The position numbers were made by a program, and so were the translations under genes. This document shows positions 25,603-37,148 of a DNA stretch of 64,000 nucleotides, one piece after another. Source of the DNA: Nemertoderma westbladi (taxonomy: Eukaryota; Animalia; Xenacoelomorpha); NCBI GenBank assembly GCA_032718475.1, contig JAUCBJ010001719.1, forward strand, positions 1 to 64,000, read 5' to 3'. The notes below the pieces were generated by a model. It was not told the origin of the DNA. It saw only the letters and a list, made by a program, of their open reading frames with translations, and ran no database searches. The first letter of the stretch is position 1. The number at the start of each line of letters is the position of its first letter.

Positions 25603-27379
25603 GAGCAGACAGTGATGCAGACACCTGGTGCAGACAGTGGTGCCGACACTGGTGCAGACAGTGGTGCAGACAGTGGTGCGGACACTGGTGCAGACACTGG
25701 TGCAGACAGTGGTGCAGACACTGGTGCAGACATTGGTGCAGACAGTGGTGCAGACAGTGGTGTAGACAGTGGTGCAGTGTGCAGACATTGGTGCAGAGTG
25801 GTGCGGACACTGGTGCAGACAATGGTGCAGACAGTGGTGCAGACAGTGGTGCAGACTTTGGTGCAGACACTGGTGCAGACACTGGTGCAGACTGTGGTGC
25901 AGACACTGGTGCAGACATTGGTGCAGACACTGGTGCAGACAGTGGTGCAGACAGTGGTGCGGACACTGGTGCAGACAGTGGTGCGGACACCTGGTCCAGA
26001 CAGTGGTGCAGACACTGGTGCAGACCCAGGTTGGAATTCATGCTGCAAAACTCGGACGCGTACCTGCGCGAATGACCGCAAACCAGATGCGCGTTGCGCG
26101 TTTGGGTGAGACAGGTGCGCGTTCGGGTGTGAGACAGGTGCGCGTTGCGCCTCAGCGCGCAGCTCTGCCTCTGATGCGCACCACAAATTAATTGAAATCA
26201 CGAAAATACACAAAAAAATTTCGCTCGCTGCGCTCGCATTAGTTTCTCATTTACAATTCTTCAAACAGTCAAATCACTTCACCATAATACTGTCAGACTG
26301 TAATACCGGCAACCTGAGCTGAATTTGTCTATTTATTTTAACTACAGTACTCTATTGTTGTATTGTTATTAGGTCTATGCTATGCCGAGCCGATGTTACG
26401 TTAGTAAACAGGTAAAGTCAGAAAGTAACAATGTATTATAAGTATGACTTAATTATAAGCCAACTGTATGTTTAAGCCTAATTGTTAGGTAGGCCTATAC
26501 AAAGTATTATTGGCAGACTGGTACCTATTTCAATATTCGTTTTTTTGAAATTACCGGTACATGTTTTGTTTGTAATCTAAAATAATATTTTCTGTTATAA
26601 AAGCAGTGAGCCCGATGGGCCACCATAGTAGTGGATTAAAAAAATATTTTTTAATATTAACAATTTTGATGTTGCAAAAATTACATTTATTATGTAAGCC
26701 TAGATTCAACGTACAGACAGACAGACGTAAAGATAAGCTTAAAACGCTCAAACTTGTAAAATATGAATGTAAAATTGTTCTTATGAACTGTGCGATTTTT
26801 TGAGATATGCATGACATGAGCTGCGCGATTTTGTTTGGATTATGACATATGATGAGGTGCGCGACGAGCCAATTTCAGGTGCGCGGTGATTTCAAAACAA
26901 CAAAGCGTACCTGCGCGCTCATGCATGAATTCCAACCTGGGTGCAGACAGTGGTGCAGACAGTGATGCAGACAGTGATGCAGACACCTGGTGCAGACACC
27001 TGGTGCAGACAGTGGTGCAGACATTGGTGCAGACAGTGGTGCAGACAGAGGTGCGGACAGTGGTGCAGACAGTGGTGCAGACACCTGGTGCAGACAGTGG
27101 TGCAGACAGTGGTGCAGACAGTGGTGCAGACACTGGTGCAGACAGTGGTGTGGACACTGGTGCAGACAATGGTGCAGACAGTGGTGCAGACACCTGGTGC
27201 AGACAGTGGTGCAGACACTGGTAAAGACTTTGGTGCAGACAGTGGAGCAGACACTGGTGCAGACAGTGGTGCAGACATTGGTGCAGACACTGGTGCAGAC
27301 AGTGGTGCGGACACTGGTGCAGACAGTGGTGCAGACAGTGTTGCAGACACCTGGTGCAGACAGTGATGCAGACAATGAT
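25603..27379. repeat. 12-bp minisatellite (GGTGCAGACAGT)n, interrupted by a MITE
   Basis: Tandem units with CACT/CATT/CACCT variants. Confidence 0.95.
26026..26940. mobile_element. hAT-like MITE (915 bp)
   Basis: Perfect TIR CCAGGTTGGAATTCATGC; 8-bp TSD GTGCAGAC; the empty site is visible in duplicate copy 2 (~31160). Confidence 0.9.
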
Positions 27380-30261
27380 CAGTTACCCCCAGGTGAAGAA
27401 TACCAGGTTTTCACCAAATATACAGGTTACAGAAGGGCTGAATCTAACCAAAACAATAAACGAATTAGTATATGTACAGGTTATAAGAAGAAATAAGCGA
27501 TATAAAACACTTAATAAAGATAAATTAAAAAAAATAAATAATCTTCATATATAAAATTCCAATAAAAAGTCGACCGAAAAGTGAAATCCTGGTATTCTTC
27601 ACAAGGGCGATTAACTGTGGAGCGAGCAACGTAAGTCCAGGTGAGCCTTAGCATATGGGTATAAGTGGTGGACCCGTCTGTCGTTGTCATCGTCGGAAAT
27701 GTTTGAACGCTAATAAGTCGGTCAATCTTGGAAAAATAATGTTTCACTACTAGTCTGCTAGTATGTACGACTAATATGTTTCAATTATGTTCCAATTTTG
27801 TTTCAACTAACAGAGACATAATAGTGGCAGTAACAAGCAAACAAGGAATATCTTATAAGGTCGCGGTTCACACCTTTAAGCAATAAGCATAACTCTGCTT
27901 CGGCAGCAGAAGTACATACAGTACTACAGTAGTCCCAAAGTCTTCATCCAAAGTAGAGTTACGAATGAATCATGCTTAAAAGAGTGAACCGGCCTTAACC
28001 CGAGAGATTTTATTGAAAGTTCAAGAGTTCTTCCTACTGCCTACATAATAGGTTTTCAAAATAATAAGTTTCCATCTCTGTGTCACAATGAAAACATTTA
28101 AGCCAATAAGAGGATTCAGGAAAGTTCCCTTTGGGCCTATGTAAATGATTGAGCCAATCAGGTTACAATTTTCTGGCTTCAGTCCGACGTTTGTCCAGAC
28201 AACAAAGAGCGGATTCTTACATTATAATGCTATAATTCAAATTGACCGCGCATATTTGGGCTTTTAATTGACAATCCGCAATCCGTAGTCCGCAGTCCGC
28301 AGTCCGCTCTTTACATGCACCCCCAGCATGCATGCATTGTGCATAGGCAGATAGGCCTATAGTTTAGTGCTCTATCCTAACTGCCTGAATCTGGAATCCA
28401 TACCACCAGCAGCTGAGCAGACCAGTAGCAGTACTGCAGACCAGTCTGCGCTGCCGCTGCTGCCAGAGTGATAAACTCATCTCCCCGTATCCTGATATCT
28501 GTTAGCGTTAGGCCTATCTGTTTTCAGAACGCTCCTACCTGCTGACCTGCCTACTGCTGTACTGCCTGACTGCTGTACTTTCCTACCGGGTAGTAAAATT
28601 CTATCAGGCATCAGGCATTGTTCAACCTATAGGCCTACTGCTGTACTGCTATATCAGTCTGTCAGTAGGCCTATGTAGCAGTAGGCAGGTAGGCCTACTG
28701 CTATTTCAGTATTTCCGCTTCGCGCAGCACACATTTAAAATGGGCGACATTTCCTCAATTTTCATTAAATTTAGGCCTATCTGAAATTCGATAGGCCTAT
28801 ACCAGTATACAGACTGACAGTGACAGACAGTCCAGTCCTGCAGTCCAGCATAGGCAGATAGGCAGATAGGTAGTCAGGTAGTATTTTATGATGTTAACAA
28901 AATTTTATCATGAGAAGTCGGGCTCGATCTGTCAATCGGAGCTCCGGCCTCCGGCTCCGGCCATTTTGGCACCTCCGGCTCCTGCTCCGGCTCCATTATT
29001 GCCGGACAGCCGGAGTTAATTTTTTAATAAAATATTATATTTCGTGCATGCACGAATAGTACTTATAGTTACTTCTGTACTTATAGTTATAATTTAATTT
29101 ACTTATAGTGTAGGGTAAGACGGGGTAAAATGGGACATGGGGTAAAATGGGACATGTCGGGGTAAAATGGGACATGCATATTTTTGGCCAATTTTTTGTT
29201 AAAGAACACTTTTAGGTCTGTTTTAATATATTTTTAATTGAGAAACTAAATGTTACATTTTTATATAGCACATACTGACATATGATGAGATCATGATCAC
29301 ACGATGAAAGCAATTTGTTAAGCGCGTATACATTTTAACGTTAGGACACTTCCTATCATTCATTTTCTTCGATATTATATGCATTAAAATCGCAATCATC
29401 GATTTAGTGGGTGTAGAACAAGTCCAAATGTTCAAATTCCTGATCGTTTTTGAGTTACATAGATTTGTAGTTTTACCTTGATAGATGTAGATAGGTGTAA
29501 CTCCGTAAATAATGCCTAGATGATTTTTCTCTGTGATTGTTGAGTTTTATAGCTTTTATAGCTACTACTGCATTTCAGCCATTCCAGCGTAACGGTCGTG
29601 ACATTCCGCATGGGTTTCCGGTATTAATGAGTATTCTAAGGGCACATAGAACAGTCGGGCACTTTGTCAATATTGACATGTGTCAATATTGACAGGTAAA
29701 GCTAATTTCTCCAGGATGGAGCATGTCAAAATTGACATGGACATGTCAATATTGACATTTTTTTACCTGACGTGTTCAAATATTTCCATACGTGTTTTCT
29801 AAATATAAAAATCGAAATTATAAGTAAATTAGAAACTTTTGACCGTGCGGAAAATTTTTTCACCGTGCCGTTTAGTTAATATAAATACTTTAAGTTTTTC
29901 TCATGTTAAAATTGACATACATGTCAAAATTGACATGTAATGATGAGAACATAAGTGTGGGGTTAGGCTGTAGGCCACGCCACCCTATAGACTCTACTAT
30001 AACTAGGGCTCAACAGAAGCTTCGGCTTCGGTTCAGGCCGAAGTTTGGCAATTTCGGTTCGGCTTCTGCAATTGATACTACAGAAGCCCGGAGCAAACTT
30101 TGCTAAATATTCCAAGTATTACATTGACTGATTGAGCTAAGACCAGAAAGACAGTAAGACTAATCAATCTGTCCATCGTGTTGTACAAATTAATTTTGGG
30201 GTGTAAACGTTAAGCAGACACTAGTGCAGAGCAGACAGTCAGACAGTGGTGCAGAGCAGAC

Positions 30262-30746
30262 CCAGGTTGGAATTTATGTAGAGTTTGCTCAACATGTGTG
30301 GCGCGCATTTAGGATCCTGGCGCGAAGGAACAGGGGCGTGTGGCGCGCATTTAGGATCCTGACGCAAAGGAACAGGGGCGTGTGGCGCGCATTGAGGATC
30401 CTGGCGCGGAAATGGATGTCATGTACAGTAGCAAAATGCATTGGCATGGCAACATATCCAGCCACTCTAATTGAAATTATATCGGTCTACCAGTAGAGTC
30501 TATTTTTAAAAAGAGTTAGGCCTAGGCCTTAAAGATTTTCGCTCACTTCGGTCGCGTTTGTATATTATATGCCTGCCCACTGTACGCTCTACTGTGTCTA
30601 CTCTTATTCATCATTCTAATAACTTTTAATTTAAAAATTTAATGGTCAATCTTTCAATGGTTGGCGCGCTTTGAATGTCATGGCTGGCGCGCTTTTCGTT
30701 TAACCCGAATCCGTGTGGCGCGCTTTTTGTCAATATTCCATATAGG
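30262..30746. mobile_element. hAT-like MITE, duplicate of 25118-25602
   Basis: Same ends and GAGCAGAC TSD. Confidence 0.75.
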
Positions 30747-31822
30747 GAGCAGACAGTGATGCAGACACCTGGTGCAGACAGTGGTGCCGACACTGGTGCA
30801 GACAGTGGTGCAGACAGTGGTGCGGACACTGGTGCAGACACTGGTGCAGACAGTGGTGCAGACACTGGTGCAGACATTGGTGCAGACAGTGGTGCAGACA
30901 GTGGTGTAGACAGTGGTGTAGTGTGCAGACATTGGTGCAGAGTGGTGCGGACACTGGTGCAGACAATGGTGCAGACAGTGGTGCAGACAGTGGTGCAGAC
31001 TTTGGTGCAGACACTGGTGCAGACACTGGTGCAGACTGTGGTGCAGACACTGGTGCAGACATTGGTGCAGACACTGGTGCAGACAGTGGTGCAGACAGTG
31101 GTGCGGACACTGGTGCAGACAGTGGTGCAGACACCTGGTCCAGACAGTGGTGCAGACACTGGTGCAGACAGTGGTGCAGACAGTGATGCAGACAGTGATG
31201 CAGACACCTGGTGCAGACACCTGGTGCAGACAGTGGTGCAGACATTGGTGCAGACAGTGGTGCAGACAGAGGTGCGGACAGTGGTGCAGACAGTGGTGCA
31301 GACACCTGGTGCAGACAGTGGTGCAGACAGTGGTGCAGACAGTGGTGCAGACACTGGTGCAGACAGTGGTGTGGACACTGGTGCAGACAATGGTGCAGAC
31401 AGTGGTGCAGACACCTGGTGCAGACAGTGGTGCAGACACTGGTAAAGACTTTGGTGCAGACAGTGGAGCAGACACTGGTGCAGACAGTGGTGCAGACATT
31501 GGTGCAGACACTGGTGCAGACAGTGGTGCGGACACTGGTGCAGACAGTGGTGCAGACAGTGTTGCAGACACCTGGTGCAGACAGTGATGCAGACAATGAT
31601 GCAGACACCTGGTGCAGACACTGGTGCAAACAGTGGTGCAGACACTGGTGCATACATTGGTGCAGACAGTGGTGCGGACACTGGTGCAGACACCTGGTGC
31701 AGACAGTGGTGCAGACACTAGTGCAGACAGTGGTGCAGACACTGGTGCAAACAGTGGTGCAGACAGTGGTGCAGACAGTGGTGCAGATACTGGCTGACTG
31801 GTGCATACAGTGGTGCAGACAC
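30747..31822. repeat. 12-bp minisatellite (GGTGCAGACAGT)n
   Basis: Uninterrupted array of ~90 units. Confidence 0.95.
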
Positions 31823-31825
31823 ATG

Positions 31826-32590
31826 CATCATGCTGCATGAAGGCCTTTTAGCAGTTTCTACAGCCCTTTTCAGCATTTATCATGCTGCACGAAGGCATCT
31901 GAACAGTTTCAACAGTTATTTTCAGCATCCTCATATTGCACAAAGCCCTCTGAACAACTTCAAATGTTATTTTTTAGCATTTATGCTGCATGAAGGACTT
32001 TGAACAGTTTTATAACTTTCAACAGCAATTTTCAGCTTTTCTCATGTTGCACGAAGCCATCTGAACAATTTCAACTGTTATTTTCAGCATTTATCATGCT
32101 GCATGAAGAACTCTGTGAACAGTTTTATCAACTCTTTTCAGTATTTCACATTCTGTGCGAAGGCCTGAAAGTTTCAAAACTTATTTTCAGTCTTTCTCAA
32201 GCTGCTCGAAGACCTCTGAACAGTTTCAACAGCTCTTTTCAGCATTTATCATGCTGCGAACAGTTTTAACAGCTCTTTTCAGCATTTATCATGCTGCACA
32301 AAGCTCTGAATAGTTTCATTTCAAAATCTTTTTTCAGCGTTTATCATGCTGCACAAAGGTCTCCGAGCAGCTTTGAGAGATCTTTTATGTATTTTTCAAA
32401 CTGTGCGAAGGCCCCTGGGCAGTTTTATCACTTATCAGTTCTTTTCAGTTTTTCTCATGACACATGATACCCTCTGAATAGTTTCAAAAGCTCTTTTCAG
32501 TATTTAAAATGCAGCAAGAATGTCTCTAACTAAAGCGTTTTGACAGTTCGTTTCAGTATTTGTGATGCTACTTGACTGCTTGAAGGCCTC
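31826..32590. repeat. Degenerate ~50-55-bp tandem repeat
   Basis: Recurrent CATGCTGCA-GAAGGC-TCTGAACAGTTTCAACAG-TCTTTTCAGCATTTA. Confidence 0.8.
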
Positions 32591-33309
32591 TAAATAGATT
32601 TGGTGGGGTTGAAATGAACATAAGAACCCAGCGTTCATGTCAATAGGGCCTATTGACATTAGATGTCAATATTGACATGAAATAAAACATATCATTAAAA
32701 TTATTACAAACAACAATATACATTGGTTGGATTCAACAATATTTTAATTAAAATAGATATTCTCTTTACAAAAAAACATTTTCTACTTTTCAAATCACAA
32801 TATATAAAAAATTTATGATCAAAACATGTCAATATTGACATCATGTCAATTTTGACATGGAACATGTCAATATTGACAACATGTCAATATTGACAAAGTG
32901 CCCGACTGTAGAAGAATGATATTGAAAATATATTACTATGATATGATCCTAAGATATGGACCTTTAATAAAATAGAAACCGCACTGGAATACATTACGTT
33001 TTATTGATTGTATTCCAGTTTAAAGTTGGCGTAACGGTCGTGACTGAAATGGACAAGCTTTTTAGAGACTCCTACACATTATAAATTTCTATCGAATTTA
33101 CTGTACTTATTTAGCGTTACTTATGTCAGACTAACATGTTAATAGATAGAGTTTAAAATGAAATTAACAGTATGGCAATATAGTATCATTAGAGAATGTG
33201 GCAAACAATTAACCAGCGTAACGGTCGTGACATAGTTTCGTAACGGTTGTGACATTATCGATTTTCACATAAATCTGAATTTCAAAAAATGGTAAGGTAT
33301 TAGAGTTAG

Positions 33310-34450
33310 GTATTGATATCGATTTCAGGCAGGTTTTCTTGTACGCTGATTTTAATAGAAGGATTTTTACATTCCGCAATTGAACACATCTACCATTTTT
33401 GGTGCTAAAATGAAAAGTGCAAGTAACAAGTATTTTTCAAATTAATGAAAACAAGACTTGTAGGAATGGTATTTATTTCAATTACATATAGGTTTTCTGG
33501 TACGCCGATTTCAATGGAAGGCTTTTTAAATTCCGCAGTTGAACACATCTACTATTTTTGGCACTAAAATGAAAAGTGCAAGTAAACAGCATTTTTCAAA
33601 TTAATGAAAACAACTAGACTTGTAGGAATGGTGTTTATTTCAATTACATACAGGTTTTCTGGTGCGCTGATTTCAATGGAAGGCAGGAAGGCTTTTTAAA
33701 TTCCGCAGTTGAACACACCTACCATTTTTGGTGCTAAAATGAAAAGTGCAAGTAACCAGCATTTTTCAAATTAGTGAAAACAATAAGAATTGTAGGAATG
33801 GTATTTATTTCAATTACATACAGGTTTTCTGGTACGCCGATTTCAATGGAAGGCTTTTTAAATTCCGCAGTTGAATGCACGCACCTACTGACCTACCGTT
33901 TTTGGTGCTAAAATGAAAAGTGCAAGTAACCAGCATTTTTAAAATTAGTTGCAAAACAATAAGAATTGTAGGAATGGTATTTATTTCAATTACATACAGG
34001 TTTTCTGGTACGCCGATTTCAATAGAAGGCTTTTTAAATTCCGCAGTTGAACACATCTACTGACATACCATTTTTGGTGCTAAAATGAAAAGTGCAAGTA
34101 ACGAGCATTTTTCAAATTAGTGAAAACAACTAGAATTGTACGAATGGTGTTTCTTTCTCTATTACATACAGTTTTTCCTGCTGTTCTGGTACGCCGATTT
34201 CAATGGAAGGCTTTTCAAATTCCGCAGTTGACTGGTTGAACATACCTACCATTTTTGGTGCTAAAATGAAAAGTGCAAGTAAACAGCATTTTTCAAATTA
34301 GTGAAAGCAACTAGACATGTAGGGATGGTGTTTATTTCTATTACATACAGGTTTTCTGGTGCGCTGATTTCAATGGAAGGCTTTTTAAATTCCGCAGTTG
34401 AATACACCTACAATGTTCGGTGCTAAAATGAAAAGTGCAAGAGTAAATAA
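33310..34450. repeat. ~160-185-bp tandem repeat (about 7 units) inside the Sola1-like element
   Basis: Recurrent GGTTTTCTGGTACGCCGATTTCAATGGAAGGC...TTCCGCAGTTGAA...GGTGCTAAAATGAAAAGTGCAAG. Confidence 0.88.
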
Positions 34451-36368
34451 ACATAATTTTTCAAATTTTGCAGATTATATGTAAGCAGCCATACGTTCTA
34501 CTGATCTATGTAGTATTGTAAGCTGATATTTTGGTTATTATGTGTACTACCTGATTACAGTATAATTATAATTACATCCCACTGCAGCAGTGGTATCATA
34601 AATGATACAAATTAATTTATACTGTATAATAATGATTCCTAAGTTTGTGTCACAACCGTTACGGTCATAAGTGCTCTTATGGCACATTATAGGTTAAGAA
34701 GAAACCTTTGTACACCCAATATTACAATTATCACTTTGTGTGGAATCATATTCCAAAATGTAATCTAAATGGAGAGTAAAAAAGACGACCTTTCGTTCCT
34801 TGAATTATACATGCTATGCTAATATTCCCATTTCCCACATGTTAATGTCACGACCGTTACGCTGATTACTACAACTGAAACATATAGTCAAGTTAAACTA
34901 TATGACCCAAACAATTGATACGAACCACCTAACGATAGATATAAAAGATTATAACCATTACTGCCAGGGATATGGAGATACTGGAAAAACTTGTTCTTCA
35001 GCGTAACGGTCGTGACATATTTTCCATCCACTCATTACTGCATTACAATGCTATTAGAAAAATATTTATTAGTTGTACATTATTTAACCGACATAGCTAA
35101 TTACTACATAGATATAAGATTCTGAAAAACATATGGCATTGCCAGTTTGGTAATTATCATGCCATTTTGGTTTGTATGTAATTATGCCAAAAATATTGAA
35201 TTTTTGGCATTTTTTAAATCACATTTTGCGGACGCTGTAAAAAAAATTGGCGAGGGTTATGGAACATTTGAAAGCAGTTTTATGAAGCACAATATGTGTG
35301 CTACACACTCAATACAAAATAAATGCATTTCTAAGTACTTTCATTTTTCACCAAAAGGTTTACTTTTGCTTGGAATGGCTGATTTAGTTATTAGGCCTAG
35401 CTCATACTGGTCTTAACTACTCATACTCATACTGCTATTTCAACTCATACTGTCATAGGCCCTAATCTTAATCTAACTTCTGAACTTGACTAACTAACAC
35501 TAACAATGCCTCATGTCCCACTTTACCCCGGATGTCCCACTTTACCCCACTCGGGGTAAAGTGGGACACTGCGATTTTTTTAAAATTCAACCAACTGAAC
35601 CAAAGGCTCAGGGGTTTATTTTGGTACAATCTGATAGCCCAGAGTTCAAATGTACAGAATATGCTTTAATTATATCCATCCAGGAAAATCCCTCTTGCTT
35701 ATAGAACCAAACATACCAAACTTGTCCCATTTTACCCCGTCTTACCCTAAATAATTGTTCAGATTAGAATATGCATACCGGTATTCTAATCTGAACAATT
35801 ATTTACACTCAGACACTATACGGTAAATACTGGGGTCCTACGAATTACCCCAAAATACCCCGTCTGTCCGTGATAAATTAATTAATTAAATTTTAAATTG
35901 AAAATTCATAAATCTATAAATTATGAAATTAATTAGACCTACAGTATGATTGATTATGAGCGATTGGTGATTGGCGAACGATAACCATACTTTATTTTTT
36001 TTAAATAAATAATTAAATTTTTAAAATTTTTGAAAAACTCCGGCTCCGGCTCCGGCCAAATTGTCCAACTCCGGCTCCGGCTCCGGCCAAATCCCAACTC
36101 CGATCGAGCCCTACAAAATAGTCAAAAATTTCCCCAAAATACCCCAAAAAGGCTAAAAATTACCCCAAAATAAGCTAACAATGTTTTTTAACAGCGAGGG
36201 AAAGGAGCAGGTTACAGTGGCAAGTTTTTTTAACCAAAACAATAAACGAGAGTGAAGAAAAAATTTTTAATTATTTTGGGGTAATACGTCATTATTTTGG
36301 GGTACTACGTCATTATTTTGGGGTACTATTTCGTCATTTTGCCATATTCCATATTTTAGGGTAAATGG

Positions 36369-37148
36369 TAGGGTTCGACCGGAGCTCCGGCTCCGGCTCC
36401 GGCCGGACTTGGCATGTCCGGCTCCGGTCCGGCTCCGGTCAAGTCAAATTAGGTGCAGGAGCTCCGGCAAAAAGTATTTGTGCTGCACGATGCATAGCTA
36501 CATGGATAGGCAAGGCAAACATACAGCCAGACACCGGACGTCCGTCTGCGAACTGATCAACGTCTACCAGTCTACTGGCAGACTGTACTGCTGAGTGCCG
36601 ACTGTATTACGGTATGGCCGTAGGCTAAACACTGTAGGCCTATCTGCCTATTGCTGTCAGTTAGGTCTGTAGGTACAATGGCCAAATCTGGCAATGATTG
36701 TGATTGCCATATTTGGCAACCAAGCAAAATCTGGCAACATTTCTGATTGCCTGATTTGGCAACTATATAAAGCCGTTGTTGCCATATTTGGCAACTTAAC
36801 TAACTCATTGAATATGGATTATATGGTTCTGCGTCTTTAAGTCCTTCTATGGCAGTATGGTCATTCCTTAGATCCTGAAATGTTAATGTTAGGCCTAGAA
36901 AAAAGGCAAGGCAAGGCCAGGTTACAGGTTATACTTATACCAGTAGTGGCATATTCTAAGTTCTAACTAGGGCTCGATCGGAGTTGGGATTTGGCCGGAG
37001 CCGGAGCAGGAGCCGGAGTTGGACAATTTGGCCGGAGCCGGAGCAGGAGCCGGAGTTTTTCAAAATTTAAAAAATTTAATTATTTATTTAAAAAAAAATA
37101 AAGTATGGTTATCGTTCGCCAATCGCTCATAATCAATCCTACTGTAGG
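36369..37148. mobile_element. Two further hAT-like ends (36369-~36470 and 36968-37148)
   Basis: TAGGGTTCGACCGGAG and TAGGGCTCGATCGGAG; the latter is an inverted copy of ~35935-36113. Confidence 0.6.

Larger units (their letters stand above)
22228..31600 (+). repeat. Tandem segmental duplication: copy 1 22228-27379, copy 2 27380-31600
   Basis: Near-identical sequence at offset ~5150 with small indels; copy 1 carries an extra 915-bp MITE. Confidence 0.93.
29652..32908. mobile_element. Non-autonomous TIR element, superfamily unassigned (left end also at 24508)
   Basis: TIR CAGTCGGGCACTTTGTCAATATTGACATGT; 5-bp flanking direct repeat TAGAA; many TGTCAATATTGACA palindromes. Confidence 0.8.
29576..35381. 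mobile_element. Sola1-like non-autonomous element (left end also at 24432)
   Basis: TIR CAGCCATTCCA; 4-bp TSD ATTT (fits the AWWT preference of Sola1); dispersed CGTAACGGTCGTGAC repeats. Confidence 0.65.
29113..35747. mobile_element. Tc1/mariner (pogo-like) non-autonomous element (left end also at 23961)
   Basis: TIR GGGTAAGACGGGGTAAAATGGGACA, TA on both sides; removing it restores the palindrome AGTGTAAATAATTGTTCAGATTAGAAT...ATTCTAATCTGAACAATTATTTACACT. Confidence 0.85.
28920..36113. mobile_element. hAT-like non-autonomous element, outermost shell of the nest (left end also duplicated at ~23768)
   Basis: Ends GGGCTCGATC... and ...CCGATCGAGCCCTA with (CTCCGG)n subterminal repeats; the left TIR is degenerate and I found no TSD. 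Confidence 0.6.

Noticed and set aside
25482-31840. Many long ORFs (SAPL, CTTV, GADS, VQT, WCRQ repeats)
   Set aside because: Artefacts of a stop-free 12-bp repeat that is open in all six frames.
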